From NCBI GenBank assembly GCA_035637675.1, contig DASPWU010000004.1, forward strand, positions 1 to 61,851: a stretch of DNA of 61,851 nt. The letters are read 5' to 3'. Of the stretch, positions 52,968 through 61,851 are shown piece after piece. Each line of letters opens with the position of its first letter. Position 1 is the stretch's first letter. A program made the translations under genes and the position numbers. The notes beneath the pieces are model-generated. The model saw only the letters and a program-made list of their open reading frames with translations. It made no database searches and was not told where the DNA came from. This stretch comes from Candidatus Limnocylindria bacterium (GTDB taxonomy: Bacteria; Chloroflexota; Limnocylindria; Limnocylindrales; CSP1-4).

Positions 52968-53936
52968 TCAGGCCGTGGCGGCCGTCGCGAACGCGACGGC
53001 CAACCGATCCGGCGCAGCGGGGTCGTCGGTCGGGATCGCCTCGACGTCCGGCGCGATCCGCTTGATGAGGCCGCACAGCACACGGCCCGGGCCGATCTCG
53101 AGGAACGTGTCCACACCTTCGCCGGTCATGCGCTCGATCGCGGCGACCCAGTCCACGCCGGTCGTGAGGTGATCGACCAGCTCGGCTCGGCACGAGTCGG
53201 CGGTCGCGAGCGTTCGGGCGTCGGCGTTGGCCAGCAGCGGCGGGCTTGGATCCTGGAAGCGGACGCCCGTGAGGACGGTTTGCATCCCCGCGGCTGCTTC
53301 GGCCATCAGTGGGGAGTGAGCCGCCACGCTGACCGGCAGCTCGATGGCCCGGCGGGCGCCCAGCTCGCGGGCGATCGCGAGCGACGCCTCCACGGCCGGG
53401 CGCTCGCCGCTGACGACGATCTGGCCCGGCGAGTTGCGGTTGGCAATGCCAAACGTCCCGTGGAGGCGGGCCGCCACGAGCAGTTCCGGCAGGCGCGAGT
53501 CGTCGAGCCCGATGATGGCCGCCATCCGGCCCTCACGCCCGGCTCCCGATTCCTGCATGAGCCGGCCGCGCTCACGTACCAGCTGGATCGCGTCGGCGAA
53601 CGAGACCGCCCCGGCCGCTACCAGCGCGGAGTACTGACCCATCGAGTGGCCGGCGGCGAATGCCGGCTCTGGTGGAGCGATCCCGGCTGCTGCCCACCGT
53701 TCACGCAGCGCGGCCAGGTACGCGATCGACGTCGCCAGGAGCGCCGGCTGGGCGTTGACCGTGAGGTCGAGCGTCTCCGCGGGACCTTCCCAGGCGAGGC
53801 GGGTGATCGGCTCGCCGAGCACCTCGTCAGCCTCCCGGAAGACGGCCGACGCAGCGGGAGATGCGGCGGCGAGGGCCCGGCCCATGCTCACGGACTGGGA
53901 TCCCTGGCCGGGGAAGACAAAGGCGGTTTGGCTCAT
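52968..53936 (-). CDS. fabD: malonyl-CoA:ACP transacylase
   Basis: 322 aa from ATG 53936. FVFPGQGSQ, nucleophile GHSMGQYSA, and VSVAAHSPLM. Confidence 0.9.
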   Translation of the reverse strand: MSQTAFVFPGQGSQSVSMGRALAAASPAASAVFREADEVLGEPITRLAWEGPAETLDLTVNAQPALLATSIAYLAALRERWAAAGIAPPEPAFAAGHSMGQYSALVAAGAVSFADAIQLVRERGRLMQESGAGREGRMAAIIGLDDSRLPELLVAARLHGTFGIANRNSPGQIVVSGERPAVEASLAIARELGARRAIELPVSVAAHSPLMAEAAAGMQTVLTGVRFQDPSPPLLANADARTLATADSCRAELVDHLTTGVDWVAAIERMTGEGVDTFLEIGPGRVLCGLIKRIAPDVEAIPTDDPAAPDRLAVAFATAATA

Positions 53937-54068
53937 GCGCTCCTGCGAGGATGGTGCTCTGGACACTCAGAGGATATGCGTGGAGACCGAACCCACGCGG
54001 CAGAGCACGTGCAACATTGCATCCAATCCTGGCCCGTCGTACGCTCAAGGCGCCATGATTCACGAACC

Positions 54069-54671
54069 ATGACCGAAGAACGATCCCTCTCCGCCCGACG
54101 ACCGACGCCTCCGCTTCGCACGAACCGTCCGATGGCCCCCCGGCGTGCCATCGCCCGGATGTTCGAGGCCGACCTGTCGGCCCCGGTGGTCAACGCGGGC
54201 CTACGCACATCCAATCCGCGCGAGCTCTCGGAGCGGGTGGCGATGGGCCGAGCGCTGTGGCGCGAGCTCGTGGTGGGCTTTGCCTCGCAGCTCGGGCGTC
54301 TTCGCCTCGGCTTCACCCAGCTCGCCGCACTGTACGTCCTTGCGGATGGTGGCGTCACCACCGTCTCCGACCTTGCCGACACCCTGGGCCGATCGCCCTC
54401 CGCGACGTCCCGCCTGGTCGACGGGCTCGTCCGGCGACGGCTGGTGGAGCGTCGGCCGGAGACCGAGGACCGCCGCCAGAAGACGCTCTGGCTCACGCAG
54501 CGAGGGAAAGCCCTGTTGCGGATGGTCGATCGAGCGCGCGCGGACCAGTTCCTCTCTGCCGTCCGGCCGATGCCGCGCGCGGAGCGGGCCCTCATCGCGA
54601 TGGGGGTCGCTGCCCTGGCGACCCATGCGATCTCCCGGCGAGGCCGGCTGATCAAGGCGCCGACTGACTGA
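54069..54671 (+). CDS. MarR-family transcriptional regulator
   Basis: 200 aa from ATG 54069. The winged HTH is TTVSDLADTLGRSPSATSRLVDGLVRRRLVERRPETEDRRQKTLWLTQRG. Transcribed divergently from fabD. The rest of the 500-aa track ORF is antisense to fabD. Confidence 0.8.
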   Translation: MTEERSLSARRPTPPLRTNRPMAPRRAIARMFEADLSAPVVNAGLRTSNPRELSERVAMGRALWRELVVGFASQLGRLRLGFTQLAALYVLADGGVTTVSDLADTLGRSPSATSRLVDGLVRRRLVERRPETEDRRQKTLWLTQRGKALLRMVDRARADQFLSAVRPMPRAERALIAMGVAALATHAISRRGRLIKAPTD

Positions 54672-54696
54672 GGAGCCACGGCCGCGCCGGCCGCCG

Positions 54697-56124
54697 CTAC
54701 CCGCAGAAGCGACGGACCACGTCGTAGAGCACCGGCAGTCCGAACCGCAGCGCCTCGAGCGAGACGCGCTCGTCCACCCCGTGGAACCGGTCGAGGAACC
54801 GTTCCTCGGGCGCCATCCGTAGCGGCGAGAAGCCGTAGGTCGGGACGCCGAGCCGCAGACCGGTCGACTTGGCGTCCGTCGAGAACGGCGCCATGGCCGG
54901 GACCGGGATCGCCTCCGGATCGTGGTCCCGGAGCGTGTCGGCCATGATCCGGTACAGCGGCGTGTCGATCGGCGCTTCCACCGGCTCGCCGGACACCACG
55001 ACCTCCACGTCCGTGGCGGGCCACAGCTCGTCACCCATCCGACGCCGCAGCTCCTCGCGCATCGCCGGCTCGGGGGTCCCTGGCAGCTGGCGCACGTCGA
55101 GCTCGATGACCGCCTCGCCCGGGATGACGTTGTACTTCACGCCTGCCTGGACGACGTTCGGGCTTACCGTGTCGCGCAGGAGCGCGCTCGTCGCGCGGGC
55201 CACCATCGGGTCGCACATGCCGGCGAGGCCCGCCGCGCTCCGGCGCGGATCCGGATCGGACGCCGCCGAGATCGCCCGGGTCAGGCCAAGGCCCAGCTCC
55301 GGCGCCGCCACATCGATCGCCGCGAAGAGGCGCTCCATGACCGGCGTCATGCGAACCTCTCCGGGCCGAGCCAAACGCTCCACGATGCGGGCAGCGAGAA
55401 CGGCCGCGTTGTCCTCGCGCGGCATCGAGCCATGGCCGGCGGTCCCCCTGACCCGCAGCCGGTAGACGATGAACCCCTTCTCGGCCACCTGGATCGGATA
55501 GAACCGGCGGCCGCCGAGCTCGATCGACACGCCGCCGGCCTCGTTGAGCGCGCCGTCGGCCTGGAGCCACTCCGGACGGTTGTCGACGAGCCAGCGTGCT
55601 CCGGCCAGCCCACCGGCCTCCTCGTCGGCGGTCGCCGTGAACAGCACGTCCCGCCGCAGGCCGGGAATGGGATCGCGGGCCGGGTCTCGGCCGGCGGCCC
55701 TCGCCTCGGATGCGAGCAGGCGCAGGACGCCGAGCTCCATTGCGACCATGGCCTTCATGTCCACCGCGCCCCGGCCGAACACGTATCCGTCGGCGACGTC
55801 CGCTCCGAATGGGTCGTGCGTCCAGCCCTCGTCCGGGGCGGGCACGACGTCGAGGTGGCTGAGCAGGAGGAGCGGGCCGCCGGCGCTGCCGTCGCCGCGG
55901 AGTCGGGCGGCGATCGAGCCGCGACCCGGGAAGGGCTCCACGACCTCGGACGGGATGCCCTCGTCCGCCAGTACGGCCGCCAGGTGTCGGGCGGCCAGGA
56001 TCTCGTCGCCCGGCGGATTGACCGTCCGCAGCCGGATCAGGTCGCGCAGGTCGGCCACCAGGCGCTCGTGCGCCCGTCGCCAGGCCGTGGCATCCAGACG
56101 ATTGGAGGGGCGGGCGTCGATCAC
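54697..56124 (-). CDS. M20 family metallopeptidase (dipeptidase / ArgE-DapE-CPG2-like)
   Basis: 475 aa with GTG start. LLLSHLDVVP, RGAVDMK, TADEEAGG and a dimerisation-domain insert. Confidence 0.8.
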   Translation of the reverse strand: MIDARPSNRLDATAWRRAHERLVADLRDLIRLRTVNPPGDEILAARHLAAVLADEGIPSEVVEPFPGRGSIAARLRGDGSAGGPLLLLSHLDVVPAPDEGWTHDPFGADVADGYVFGRGAVDMKAMVAMELGVLRLLASEARAAGRDPARDPIPGLRRDVLFTATADEEAGGLAGARWLVDNRPEWLQADGALNEAGGVSIELGGRRFYPIQVAEKGFIVYRLRVRGTAGHGSMPREDNAAVLAARIVERLARPGEVRMTPVMERLFAAIDVAAPELGLGLTRAISAASDPDPRRSAAGLAGMCDPMVARATSALLRDTVSPNVVQAGVKYNVIPGEAVIELDVRQLPGTPEPAMREELRRRMGDELWPATDVEVVVSGEPVEAPIDTPLYRIMADTLRDHDPEAIPVPAMAPFSTDAKSTGLRLGVPTYGFSPLRMAPEERFLDRFHGVDERVSLEALRFGLPVLYDVVRRFCG

Positions 56125-56152
56125 CGCGACGGAGGCACCTCGGGTCAGCCGG

Positions 56153-56449
56153 TCATTGCCCGGCGCCGTAGCCCAGGGCCAGGCCGACGAGCGACACGAT
56201 CAATCCGGAGCCGACGATGAGCACGACCATCGCGATGAGCAACCGGACGTATCGCGCCTCCCTGCGCCGCGTGCGCTCGAGATCGGGGTCGTTGCCGCCC
56301 GGGATGTACGCCGACGAGAGGCCGCGGGCCCGCGCCGCGAGATCGCGCTCGGTCACCGGTGGTAGGTCGGGGCGGGGCTGCTGTGGGTCATCCATGTCCC
56401 GATCATGATGCCCCGGCTCGGTCGGCATCGCCGTACCTCCAGCGATCAT
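56153..56449 (-). CDS. hypothetical small protein with C-terminal TM helix
   Basis: 98 aa. A charged N-terminal part is followed by YVRLLIAMVVLIVGSGLIVSLVGLALGY. The ATG directly abuts the stop of the upstream LLM gene (TGAATG). Confidence 0.4.
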   Translation of the reverse strand: MIAGGTAMPTEPGHHDRDMDDPQQPRPDLPPVTERDLAARARGLSSAYIPGGNDPDLERTRRREARYVRLLIAMVVLIVGSGLIVSLVGLALGYGAGQ

Positions 56450-57340
56450 TCAGCCGACCGCCTCGCGAAGTGGCTCGGCAAGCCGGCGCGCCGCCATGAC
56501 GAGACCGTCGGGTCCGTCTGCGGCCCGGACGGCGAGAACCATATCCGTCGCACCGGCGGTCACGAACTCCCGGGCCGTCTGCAGGGCCGCCGTCCAGTCG
56601 GGATCCTGCGTGATGTTGATCTGGCCGATGAACCGGAATCCGGTCGGCTCGCGATCGACTCGCTCCATCGCGGCGAGAAGCTCGCCTCGCTTCGCACGAA
56701 AGTACGACACGTCTCCGGCATTCACGCCCGGGAGGACCCAGCCGTCGGCGGCTCGGGCCGCCAGCGCGATGCCGCGCGGCTTCTGGCCGCCGAGGATGAT
56801 GAGCGGGCCGCCCTGACGGATCGGGGGCGGCAGGTTCGTCGCTCCGGCGAGCGGATAGAACGGATCGGGTCGGGTCACACCGGTCGGCCGGTAGGCGGCG
56901 TCGCTGAACAAGGCCCGGATGGTGTCCACGGCCGAGATCAGGCGGTCGATCCGTTCACCGATGGGCGGCATCTCGATCCCGAATGGGCCATGCTCGCCTT
57001 CGTACCAGCCCGCGCCGAGGCCGAGCATGAATCGTCCCCCGGTCGCCAGGTCCAGGACGGTGGCCGCCTTCGCCAGGACCGCCGGGTGGCGAAAGGTGTT
57101 CGAGAGCACGCTGTGGCCGACGAATTTGCCCGGCACCCGGTGGACCAGCGTTCCGAGGAGGGTCAGCGCCTCGAGGGATGGCCCCGGCGGGTCGGGGTTC
57201 ATGTTGGTGAGGTGGTCGTTCAACCAGGCGGACTCGAAGACGTCGAGATCGCCCGCCTGAGCCCACATCGCGTCGAGCGTCGACCAGTCGACGTCCTGCG
57301 GGGAGGTCTTGAAGCCGATGGAGATCCCGCGCTCGCTCAC
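56450..57340 (-). CDS. LLM-class (luciferase-like) F420/flavin-dependent oxidoreductase
   Basis: 296 aa from GTG 57340, which overlaps the ilvD stop (GTGA). Blocks are [40 protein letters not shown] and GGPLIILGG. Confidence 0.8.
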   Translation of the reverse strand: MSERGISIGFKTSPQDVDWSTLDAMWAQAGDLDVFESAWLNDHLTNMNPDPPGPSLEALTLLGTLVHRVPGKFVGHSVLSNTFRHPAVLAKAATVLDLATGGRFMLGLGAGWYEGEHGPFGIEMPPIGERIDRLISAVDTIRALFSDAAYRPTGVTRPDPFYPLAGATNLPPPIRQGGPLIILGGQKPRGIALAARAADGWVLPGVNAGDVSYFRAKRGELLAAMERVDREPTGFRFIGQINITQDPDWTAALQTAREFVTAGATDMVLAVRAADGPDGLVMAARRLAEPLREAVG

Positions 57341-59094
57341 CTCGCGGCGAGGCCGGCTGTCATGCGGGCGCCGGTCGTGATCGCGCCCTCGGAGGCGGAC
57401 GAGACGAGGGCCGCGTACTTGGCCATCACGCCCCCGACGTAGCGGGGAGGCCGCGTGGTCAGGCTCGATCGGCGTCGGTCGAGCTCGGCCGTCGGGACGT
57501 CCAGGTCCAGCGCCTTGCGGTCGACGTCGATGACGATCGTGTCGCCCTCGTCGACCAGTGCGATCGGGCCGCCCAGGGCCGCCTCGGGAGCGACGTGGCC
57601 GATCATGAGCCCATGGGTTCCCCCCGAGAACCGGCCGTCGGTCAGGAGCGCGACCGAATCGCCCAGCCCTTCGCCGACGAGCGCCGCCGTAACGCTCAGC
57701 ATCTCCTGCATGCCCGGCCCCCCGACCGGCCCCTCGTAGCGGATGACGACGACGTCGCCGGGCTTGATCCGCTGGGCGCGGACCGCCTCGTAGCACTCCG
57801 CTTCCGAATCGAAGACCCGAGCCGGCCCTCTATGCAGGCGCCGCTCGTGACCGGCCAGCTTGACCACGCAGCCGTCCGGCGCCAGCGAGCCGCGGAGGAT
57901 CGTCAGGCCGCCGACCGGCTTGATCGGCTTCTCGATCGGGACGACCACCGACTGCCCGGGCGTCTCGACGGCGGCTTCCGCAATCTCGGCGATGGTCCGT
58001 CCGTCGACCGTGGGGGCGTCGCCGTGGAGCAGGTTCCGCTTCAGCAGCTCGCGCATGACGAGGCCGATCCCGCCCGCGTCGTACATCTCCGAGGCCGAGT
58101 AGCGGCCGCCCGGCTTCATGTCGGCGACGATCGGCGTTCGGTCGGCGATCGTCCCGAAATCGTCCACTGCAAGCTCGATGCCGAACTCGTGGGCGATGGC
58201 GAGCAGATGGAGCACGCCGTTGGTGGAACCGCCGGTCGCGGCGACCGACGCGATCCCGTTCTCGAGCGCCGCTCGAGTGACGATGGCGGACGGCCGGACG
58301 TCGCGCCGCACCAGGTCCATCACCAGCTCGCCGGAGCGCCGCGCGGCCTCGTCCTTCTTCGGGTCCTCCGCGGGAATCCCGTTGAGCCCGGCCGGAGAGA
58401 GGCCGATGAACTCGAGGACCATGCTCATCGTGTTGGCCGTGTACTGGCCGCCGCACGCGCCGGCGCCCGGGCAGGCGACGTTCTCGATCTCGTACAGCTC
58501 GTCGAGTCCGATCTTGCCGGCCCGGTAGGCGCCGATGGCCTCGTAGACACTGACGATGTCGACGTTGCGACCCTTGTAGACGCCCGGATAGATCGTCCCG
58601 TTGTAGAGGGCGAGACCGGGCACGTCGAGGCGGGCGAGCGCCATCGCGGCGCCCGGCATGGTCTTGTCGCAGCCGACCAGGCAGACGAGGCCGTCCAGGA
58701 GGTGACCGCGGACGACGAGCTCGATCGAGTCGGCGATGACCTCGCGGCTGATCAGGCTCGTCTTCATGCCCTCCGTGCCCATGGTGACGCCGTCGCTCAC
58801 CGACACCGTGTTGAACTCCATGGGCGTGCCGCCGGCGGCCCGGATGCCGTCCTTGACCGACTGGGCCAGCCGTCGCTGGTTGTAGTTGCACGGCATGGTC
58901 TCGATCCAGGTCGTCGCCACCCCGACCAGGGGCTTGGCCAGATCGTCGTCCGTGAAGCCGATCGCCTTGAGCATGGATCGGGCGCCGGCCCGGTCGGGAC
59001 CGTCGGTGAGGGCGGCCGAATGTCGCTTGGCCGGATCGCTCGGCCGATCGTACGGGAGTCCGGAGGGGTGGCCGGAGACGGCGGGATCGGGCAT
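57337..59094 (-). CDS. ilvD: dihydroxy-acid dehydratase
   Basis: 585 aa from ATG 59094. Blocks are [41 protein letters not shown] and [17 protein letters not shown]. Confidence 0.9.
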   Translation of the reverse strand: MPDPAVSGHPSGLPYDRPSDPAKRHSAALTDGPDRAGARSMLKAIGFTDDDLAKPLVGVATTWIETMPCNYNQRRLAQSVKDGIRAAGGTPMEFNTVSVSDGVTMGTEGMKTSLISREVIADSIELVVRGHLLDGLVCLVGCDKTMPGAAMALARLDVPGLALYNGTIYPGVYKGRNVDIVSVYEAIGAYRAGKIGLDELYEIENVACPGAGACGGQYTANTMSMVLEFIGLSPAGLNGIPAEDPKKDEAARRSGELVMDLVRRDVRPSAIVTRAALENGIASVAATGGSTNGVLHLLAIAHEFGIELAVDDFGTIADRTPIVADMKPGGRYSASEMYDAGGIGLVMRELLKRNLLHGDAPTVDGRTIAEIAEAAVETPGQSVVVPIEKPIKPVGGLTILRGSLAPDGCVVKLAGHERRLHRGPARVFDSEAECYEAVRAQRIKPGDVVVIRYEGPVGGPGMQEMLSVTAALVGEGLGDSVALLTDGRFSGGTHGLMIGHVAPEAALGGPIALVDEGDTIVIDVDRKALDLDVPTAELDRRRSSLTTRPPRYVGGVMAKYAALVSSASEGAITTGARMTAGLAAR

Positions 59095-59531
59095 CGTTGC
59101 TCCTCGATCGATGCTTCGGGGCGGAGTCCAGTCTACGCGTCGAGGCCCATGGCGGCCGCTCGGCCAAGCCTCCGTGGCCCGGCCCGGCCTCCGAGCAAGG
59201 TGGCCAGATGACCTCCCCGGGACCGCAGGCCAACTCCGGCTCTGTCTCGCCCATCTCTCCGCGTTTCGGTAGCCGGATTCGTAAAACAGCAAATTGCTGG
59301 CGCGCTCCTGCTCGTCGAGCTGAGATCAACTCCGGCCCACGGACCGCTCGGTGGGAAGGTGGACATCTGTCCGGGCGGAAATCGGTTGGCCCATTGCTCG
59401 TCGGTACGGCTTACACAACGCGAACACGACCGGCCGGCCCCGCGTACATCGCCGCCGCAGCCTGCCCGCATCGACGCCCGCTCACCGGGGGTTCCACGGG
59501 GAGTCCGGGTCCCACGACGGAGGTCCAGCTC

Positions 59532-60086
59532 ATGAAGCTCCGACTCTGGCTCGCATCGGGCGCCCTCACCCTGAGCAGCCTGCTCGCCGCCATCGCTGTC
59601 CCGGCCAGCACGCTGGCGACGACCGCGGCTATCGGATCGACGACTGCCGCCACCACAGCGGCCGCCTGCACGGACGGCCATTGGCCGCGGAGCGTGCAGG
59701 GCCGGCCGACGCTGTGGCATGCCGGCGCCCGCGCGGGCGACTACATCTGGCACGACTCGAACGGCTGGCACGTGCGCGTCACCCACGCGACGTCAAGCCA
59801 CTACGTGTTCAGCGGGAAGATCGTGTCGAGCGCGCCGCTCGACGCGGCGCCGGTCAAGCTCGAGGGCCGCGACTTCGTCGCCCTCAGCGCCGATCGCAAG
59901 ACGATCACCTACCGGCTCGTCAACTACGGCGGGATCGACGGCTTCAACTTCCGAACCTCATGCGCGCAGAGCCTGTCATTCCTGGGCTACATGAACGGCG
60001 CCAAGCTGCCGGTGACCCGGATCTGGCTCGGCTACTACAACGTCCATCCGCTGCAGAACCCGTTTACCGTCACCCGCGTGATCTGA
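59532..60086 (+). CDS. hypothetical secreted protein
   Basis: 184 aa from ATG 59532. Signal peptide MKLRLWLASGALTLSSLLAAIAVPAST, a Thr/Ala-rich linker, then a beta-rich domain. No family recognised. Confidence 0.55.
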   Translation: MKLRLWLASGALTLSSLLAAIAVPASTLATTAAIGSTTAATTAAACTDGHWPRSVQGRPTLWHAGARAGDYIWHDSNGWHVRVTHATSSHYVFSGKIVSSAPLDAAPVKLEGRDFVALSADRKTITYRLVNYGGIDGFNFRTSCAQSLSFLGYMNGAKLPVTRIWLGYYNVHPLQNPFTVTRVI

Positions 60087-60155
60087 GAAGCCTCGAACGA
60101 TCGGGATCGGCGGCCACCCGATGGGCGGCCGCCGTCTTTCATGCACCGAGAGTGC

Positions 60156-61364
60156 TCAGCGGGCGCAGGCCCCGGTGGAGACCGGTTTCGTTCGGGTCAG
60201 GGCAGGCGAGACCCGCTGCGAGACCTCGACCGGCGTCAGGGCATAGCCCACCTGAACGTCGCTCTTCGCCTCGGCGAAGATGACGCCGCCGACGGTGCCG
60301 TCGGTGAGGATCAACGGACCACCGCTGTCTCCACGGTCGATACGAGCACTGAGCTCGAGGATCATCCGGGTGACCTTCTTCTCGCTGTAGATGTCCCGGC
60401 CCTCGGCTGCATACCTTCCCGCGACACCGGCCGGGATGACCGTGAGCGGCTTACCGAGCGGATGGCCGAGCGCAGCGCCCTTGGCCTGCGTCGGCGGGTC
60501 CTGGCTCGCGAACCGGAGAGACGGCGCAGGCATGTCGGGGGCCCACAGGAGTGCGATGTCGAGGGCCGGATCGAACAGCACGACCGTGGCCGTCGCGTGG
60601 ACCCCGCTGTCCTGCGAGACCTGCTGGCGCTTGCCACCGGCAACGACGTGGGCGTTCGTCACGAAATACCCGCGGCTGATGGCAAACCCCGTGCCCGACA
60701 GCTCGTAGTCGCACGCGTCGGCCGTGACCTTGACCGTGCTGGCAAAGGCGCCAGCGGCGATGCGTGTCGCCTCCTGAGTTGACGGCGTATTGACCGGCGT
60801 CGCCGGGAATGGCTCGAGCCCGACGAAGACCTCCGGCAGGCCGGAGGCGTCCAGCAGGCGGCCGAGACTGCCCGCGATATCCGTCGGCGGCGGCAAAACT
60901 GAGTTGAGCTGCCGGATGGTCCACGAGGTCTGGGCCAGGCTGGACATGTTTGGAATGGCGCCGGCTGCCAGGATGCCACCGGCGAGCCAGACGACGAGGA
61001 GACCCTGAGCCGCTCCCAGCACCGCCCCCGCCAGTCGATTCGCGTCGCCCAGCACGCCGCCGCGGACGCGGTAATGGACAGCCCGGCCGGACGCCGAACC
61101 GAGTGCCTCGCCGATGCCGACCGCGAAGATGAGGCCACTGAGGACGATGAGCGCGCGCAGCGGCGGTTCCATCTCCTGGATGGACGGCTTGACGACCGGC
61201 AGCGCCAGGAGGGCGATGCCTCCACCTGCGACCGCGCCCAGCAGGCCGCCAAGCTGCGGAAAGAACCCCGACCGGGCGCCGAGCAGTGAGGCGATGACGA
61301 CGATGGCCAGCGCGACGACATCGAGTGCGTTCGGTCCTGGGGTCGCGCCCACGCTCGGGTCCAC
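60156..61364 (-). CDS. MarP-like membrane serine protease (CvpA domain plus trypsin-like S1 domain)
   Basis: N-terminal 4-TM CvpA-like region. The S1 domain has GTGFAI..GYFVTNAHVV (His), LDIALL (Asp) and GDSGGPL (Ser). Start proposed at GTG 61364; the track's 61526 start runs through a repeat array. Confidence 0.8.
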   Translation of the reverse strand: MDPSVGATPGPNALDVVALAIVVIASLLGARSGFFPQLGGLLGAVAGGGIALLALPVVKPSIQEMEPPLRALIVLSGLIFAVGIGEALGSASGRAVHYRVRGGVLGDANRLAGAVLGAAQGLLVVWLAGGILAAGAIPNMSSLAQTSWTIRQLNSVLPPPTDIAGSLGRLLDASGLPEVFVGLEPFPATPVNTPSTQEATRIAAGAFASTVKVTADACDYELSGTGFAISRGYFVTNAHVVAGGKRQQVSQDSGVHATATVVLFDPALDIALLWAPDMPAPSLRFASQDPPTQAKGAALGHPLGKPLTVIPAGVAGRYAAEGRDIYSEKKVTRMILELSARIDRGDSGGPLILTDGTVGGVIFAEAKSDVQVGYALTPVEVSQRVSPALTRTKPVSTGACAR

Positions 61365-61425
61365 CCGCGCAGTATCCGTTACCGGATGTCGCGATGTTCG
61401 GCTCGTTCGGCGCCGCGACGGCCCC

Positions 61426-61525
61426 GACGCACGACGGCCCCGACGCACGACGGCTCCCCTGACGCACGGCCCCCCTGACGCACGGCCCCCTTGACGCCCC
61501 GCGGCCCTGACGCCCCGCGGCCCCA
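61426..61525. repeat. degenerate 15-19 bp tandem repeats upstream of the MarP-like gene
   Basis: Six units each begin with GACGC, at 61426, 61442, 61461, 61478, 61493 and 61508. Four are of type GACGCAC(GAC)GGC(T)CCCC(T) and two are GACGCCCCGCGGCCC. Confidence 0.85.
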
Positions 61526-61717
61526 TGCCGTTGCGGCATCGGCCCCACCATTACCGGACGGCATGCCGGGCGCCGTGTCGGCTCCAGACGAGCCAATCAG
61601 CCCGCCTATCGACCCGGCTATGGGCGTGATCGATGCGCCGGCGGACTACGGCCCGCTCTCGGCCCCTCAAAGGCCCTTGGCCCACGGACTGTGGCCGGAT
61701 AACGATCACACGGCCAG

Positions 61718-61761
61718 GTGCCACCACGTCCCGGTCACCTGAGTGCCACCACGTCCCGGTC
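61718..61761. repeat. perfect 19-bp direct repeat (25-bp period)
   Basis: GTGCCACCACGTCCCGGTC occurs at 61718-61736 and 61743-61761. This is about 40-80 bp upstream of a possible gene start at the window edge. Confidence 0.9.
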
Positions 61762-61798
61762 GGTAGTGTGGAAGGAAACGGGCTGGAGGAGGGTTGAC

Positions 61799-61851
61799 GT
61801 GGGCGAAAAACGAGCCCTGCTCGGTCGGCGCGCCGGCGTGAGATGGTCGCC
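61799..61851 (+). CDS. possible 5' end of a gene running off the window
   Basis: GGAGGAGGG (61785-61793) is followed after 5 nt by GTG 61799. The frame is open to the window end. Only 17 codons are visible, so no function can be assigned. Confidence 0.3.
   Translation, partial: MGEKRALLGRRAGVRWS

Noticed and set aside
53169-54671. A 500-aa ORF containing the MarR domain.
   Set aside because: The first 300 codons are antisense to fabD and Arg/Gly-rich. An ATG at 54069 gives a normal-sized MarR protein with a divergent promoter region.

Overview
This is a 61.9-kb, very G+C-rich, gene-dense chromosomal segment. I called about 60 protein genes and 2 tRNAs (Lys-UUU and initiator Met). I recognised no rRNA, CRISPR array, transposase, integrase or phage genes. 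Gene content suggests an Actinomycetota-like or similar high-GC Gram-positive/terrabacterial lineage: F420/LLM oxidoreductase, MarP-like CvpA-protease, tandem KAS genes, DinB, 7Fe ferredoxin, KorAB. The lineage cannot be fixed from this window alone. Most of the window is housekeeping metabolism. This includes aminotransferases, a polyamine-type ABC importer, proline metabolism (proC, PRODH, S9 and M24 peptidases), a tyrosine-catabolic set (hppD, FAH, hmgA), korAB, fabD plus two KAS II genes, and ilvD. The most unusual part is a tightly coupled minus-strand operon at 7250-14396 with a divergent assembly gene at about 14708-15832. It encodes an A-type haem-copper oxidase built around blue-copper (cupredoxin) modules rather than cytochrome c. 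Subunit II carries a C-terminal amicyanin-like domain. A second membrane protein carries a paralogous cupredoxin behind a duplicated CtaF-like module. A 58-aa ORF missing from the supplied track looks like the other half of CtaF. A TlpA-like thioredoxin and a DrrAB-like ABC-2 exporter are translationally coupled downstream. A third, rusticyanin-like cupredoxin lipoprotein sits at 22541-23053. Other points worth a second look: two redox genes have N-terminal membrane or lipoprotein signals with no ATG/GTG/TTG start. Several exact tandem or direct repeat arrays lie in promoter regions (14573-14710, 50175-50226, 51559-51656, 61426-61525, 61718-61761). A 0.5-kb non-coding region has AT-rich repeated motifs and a 12-bp long-range inverted repeat (17308-17815). 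There is a small secreted protein with three AGWRW repeats, and a protein with seven in-phase 21-bp Pro-rich repeats. A lipoprotein ORF is interrupted by a single in-frame TGA. All functional calls rest on motifs I recognised by eye; no database search was possible.
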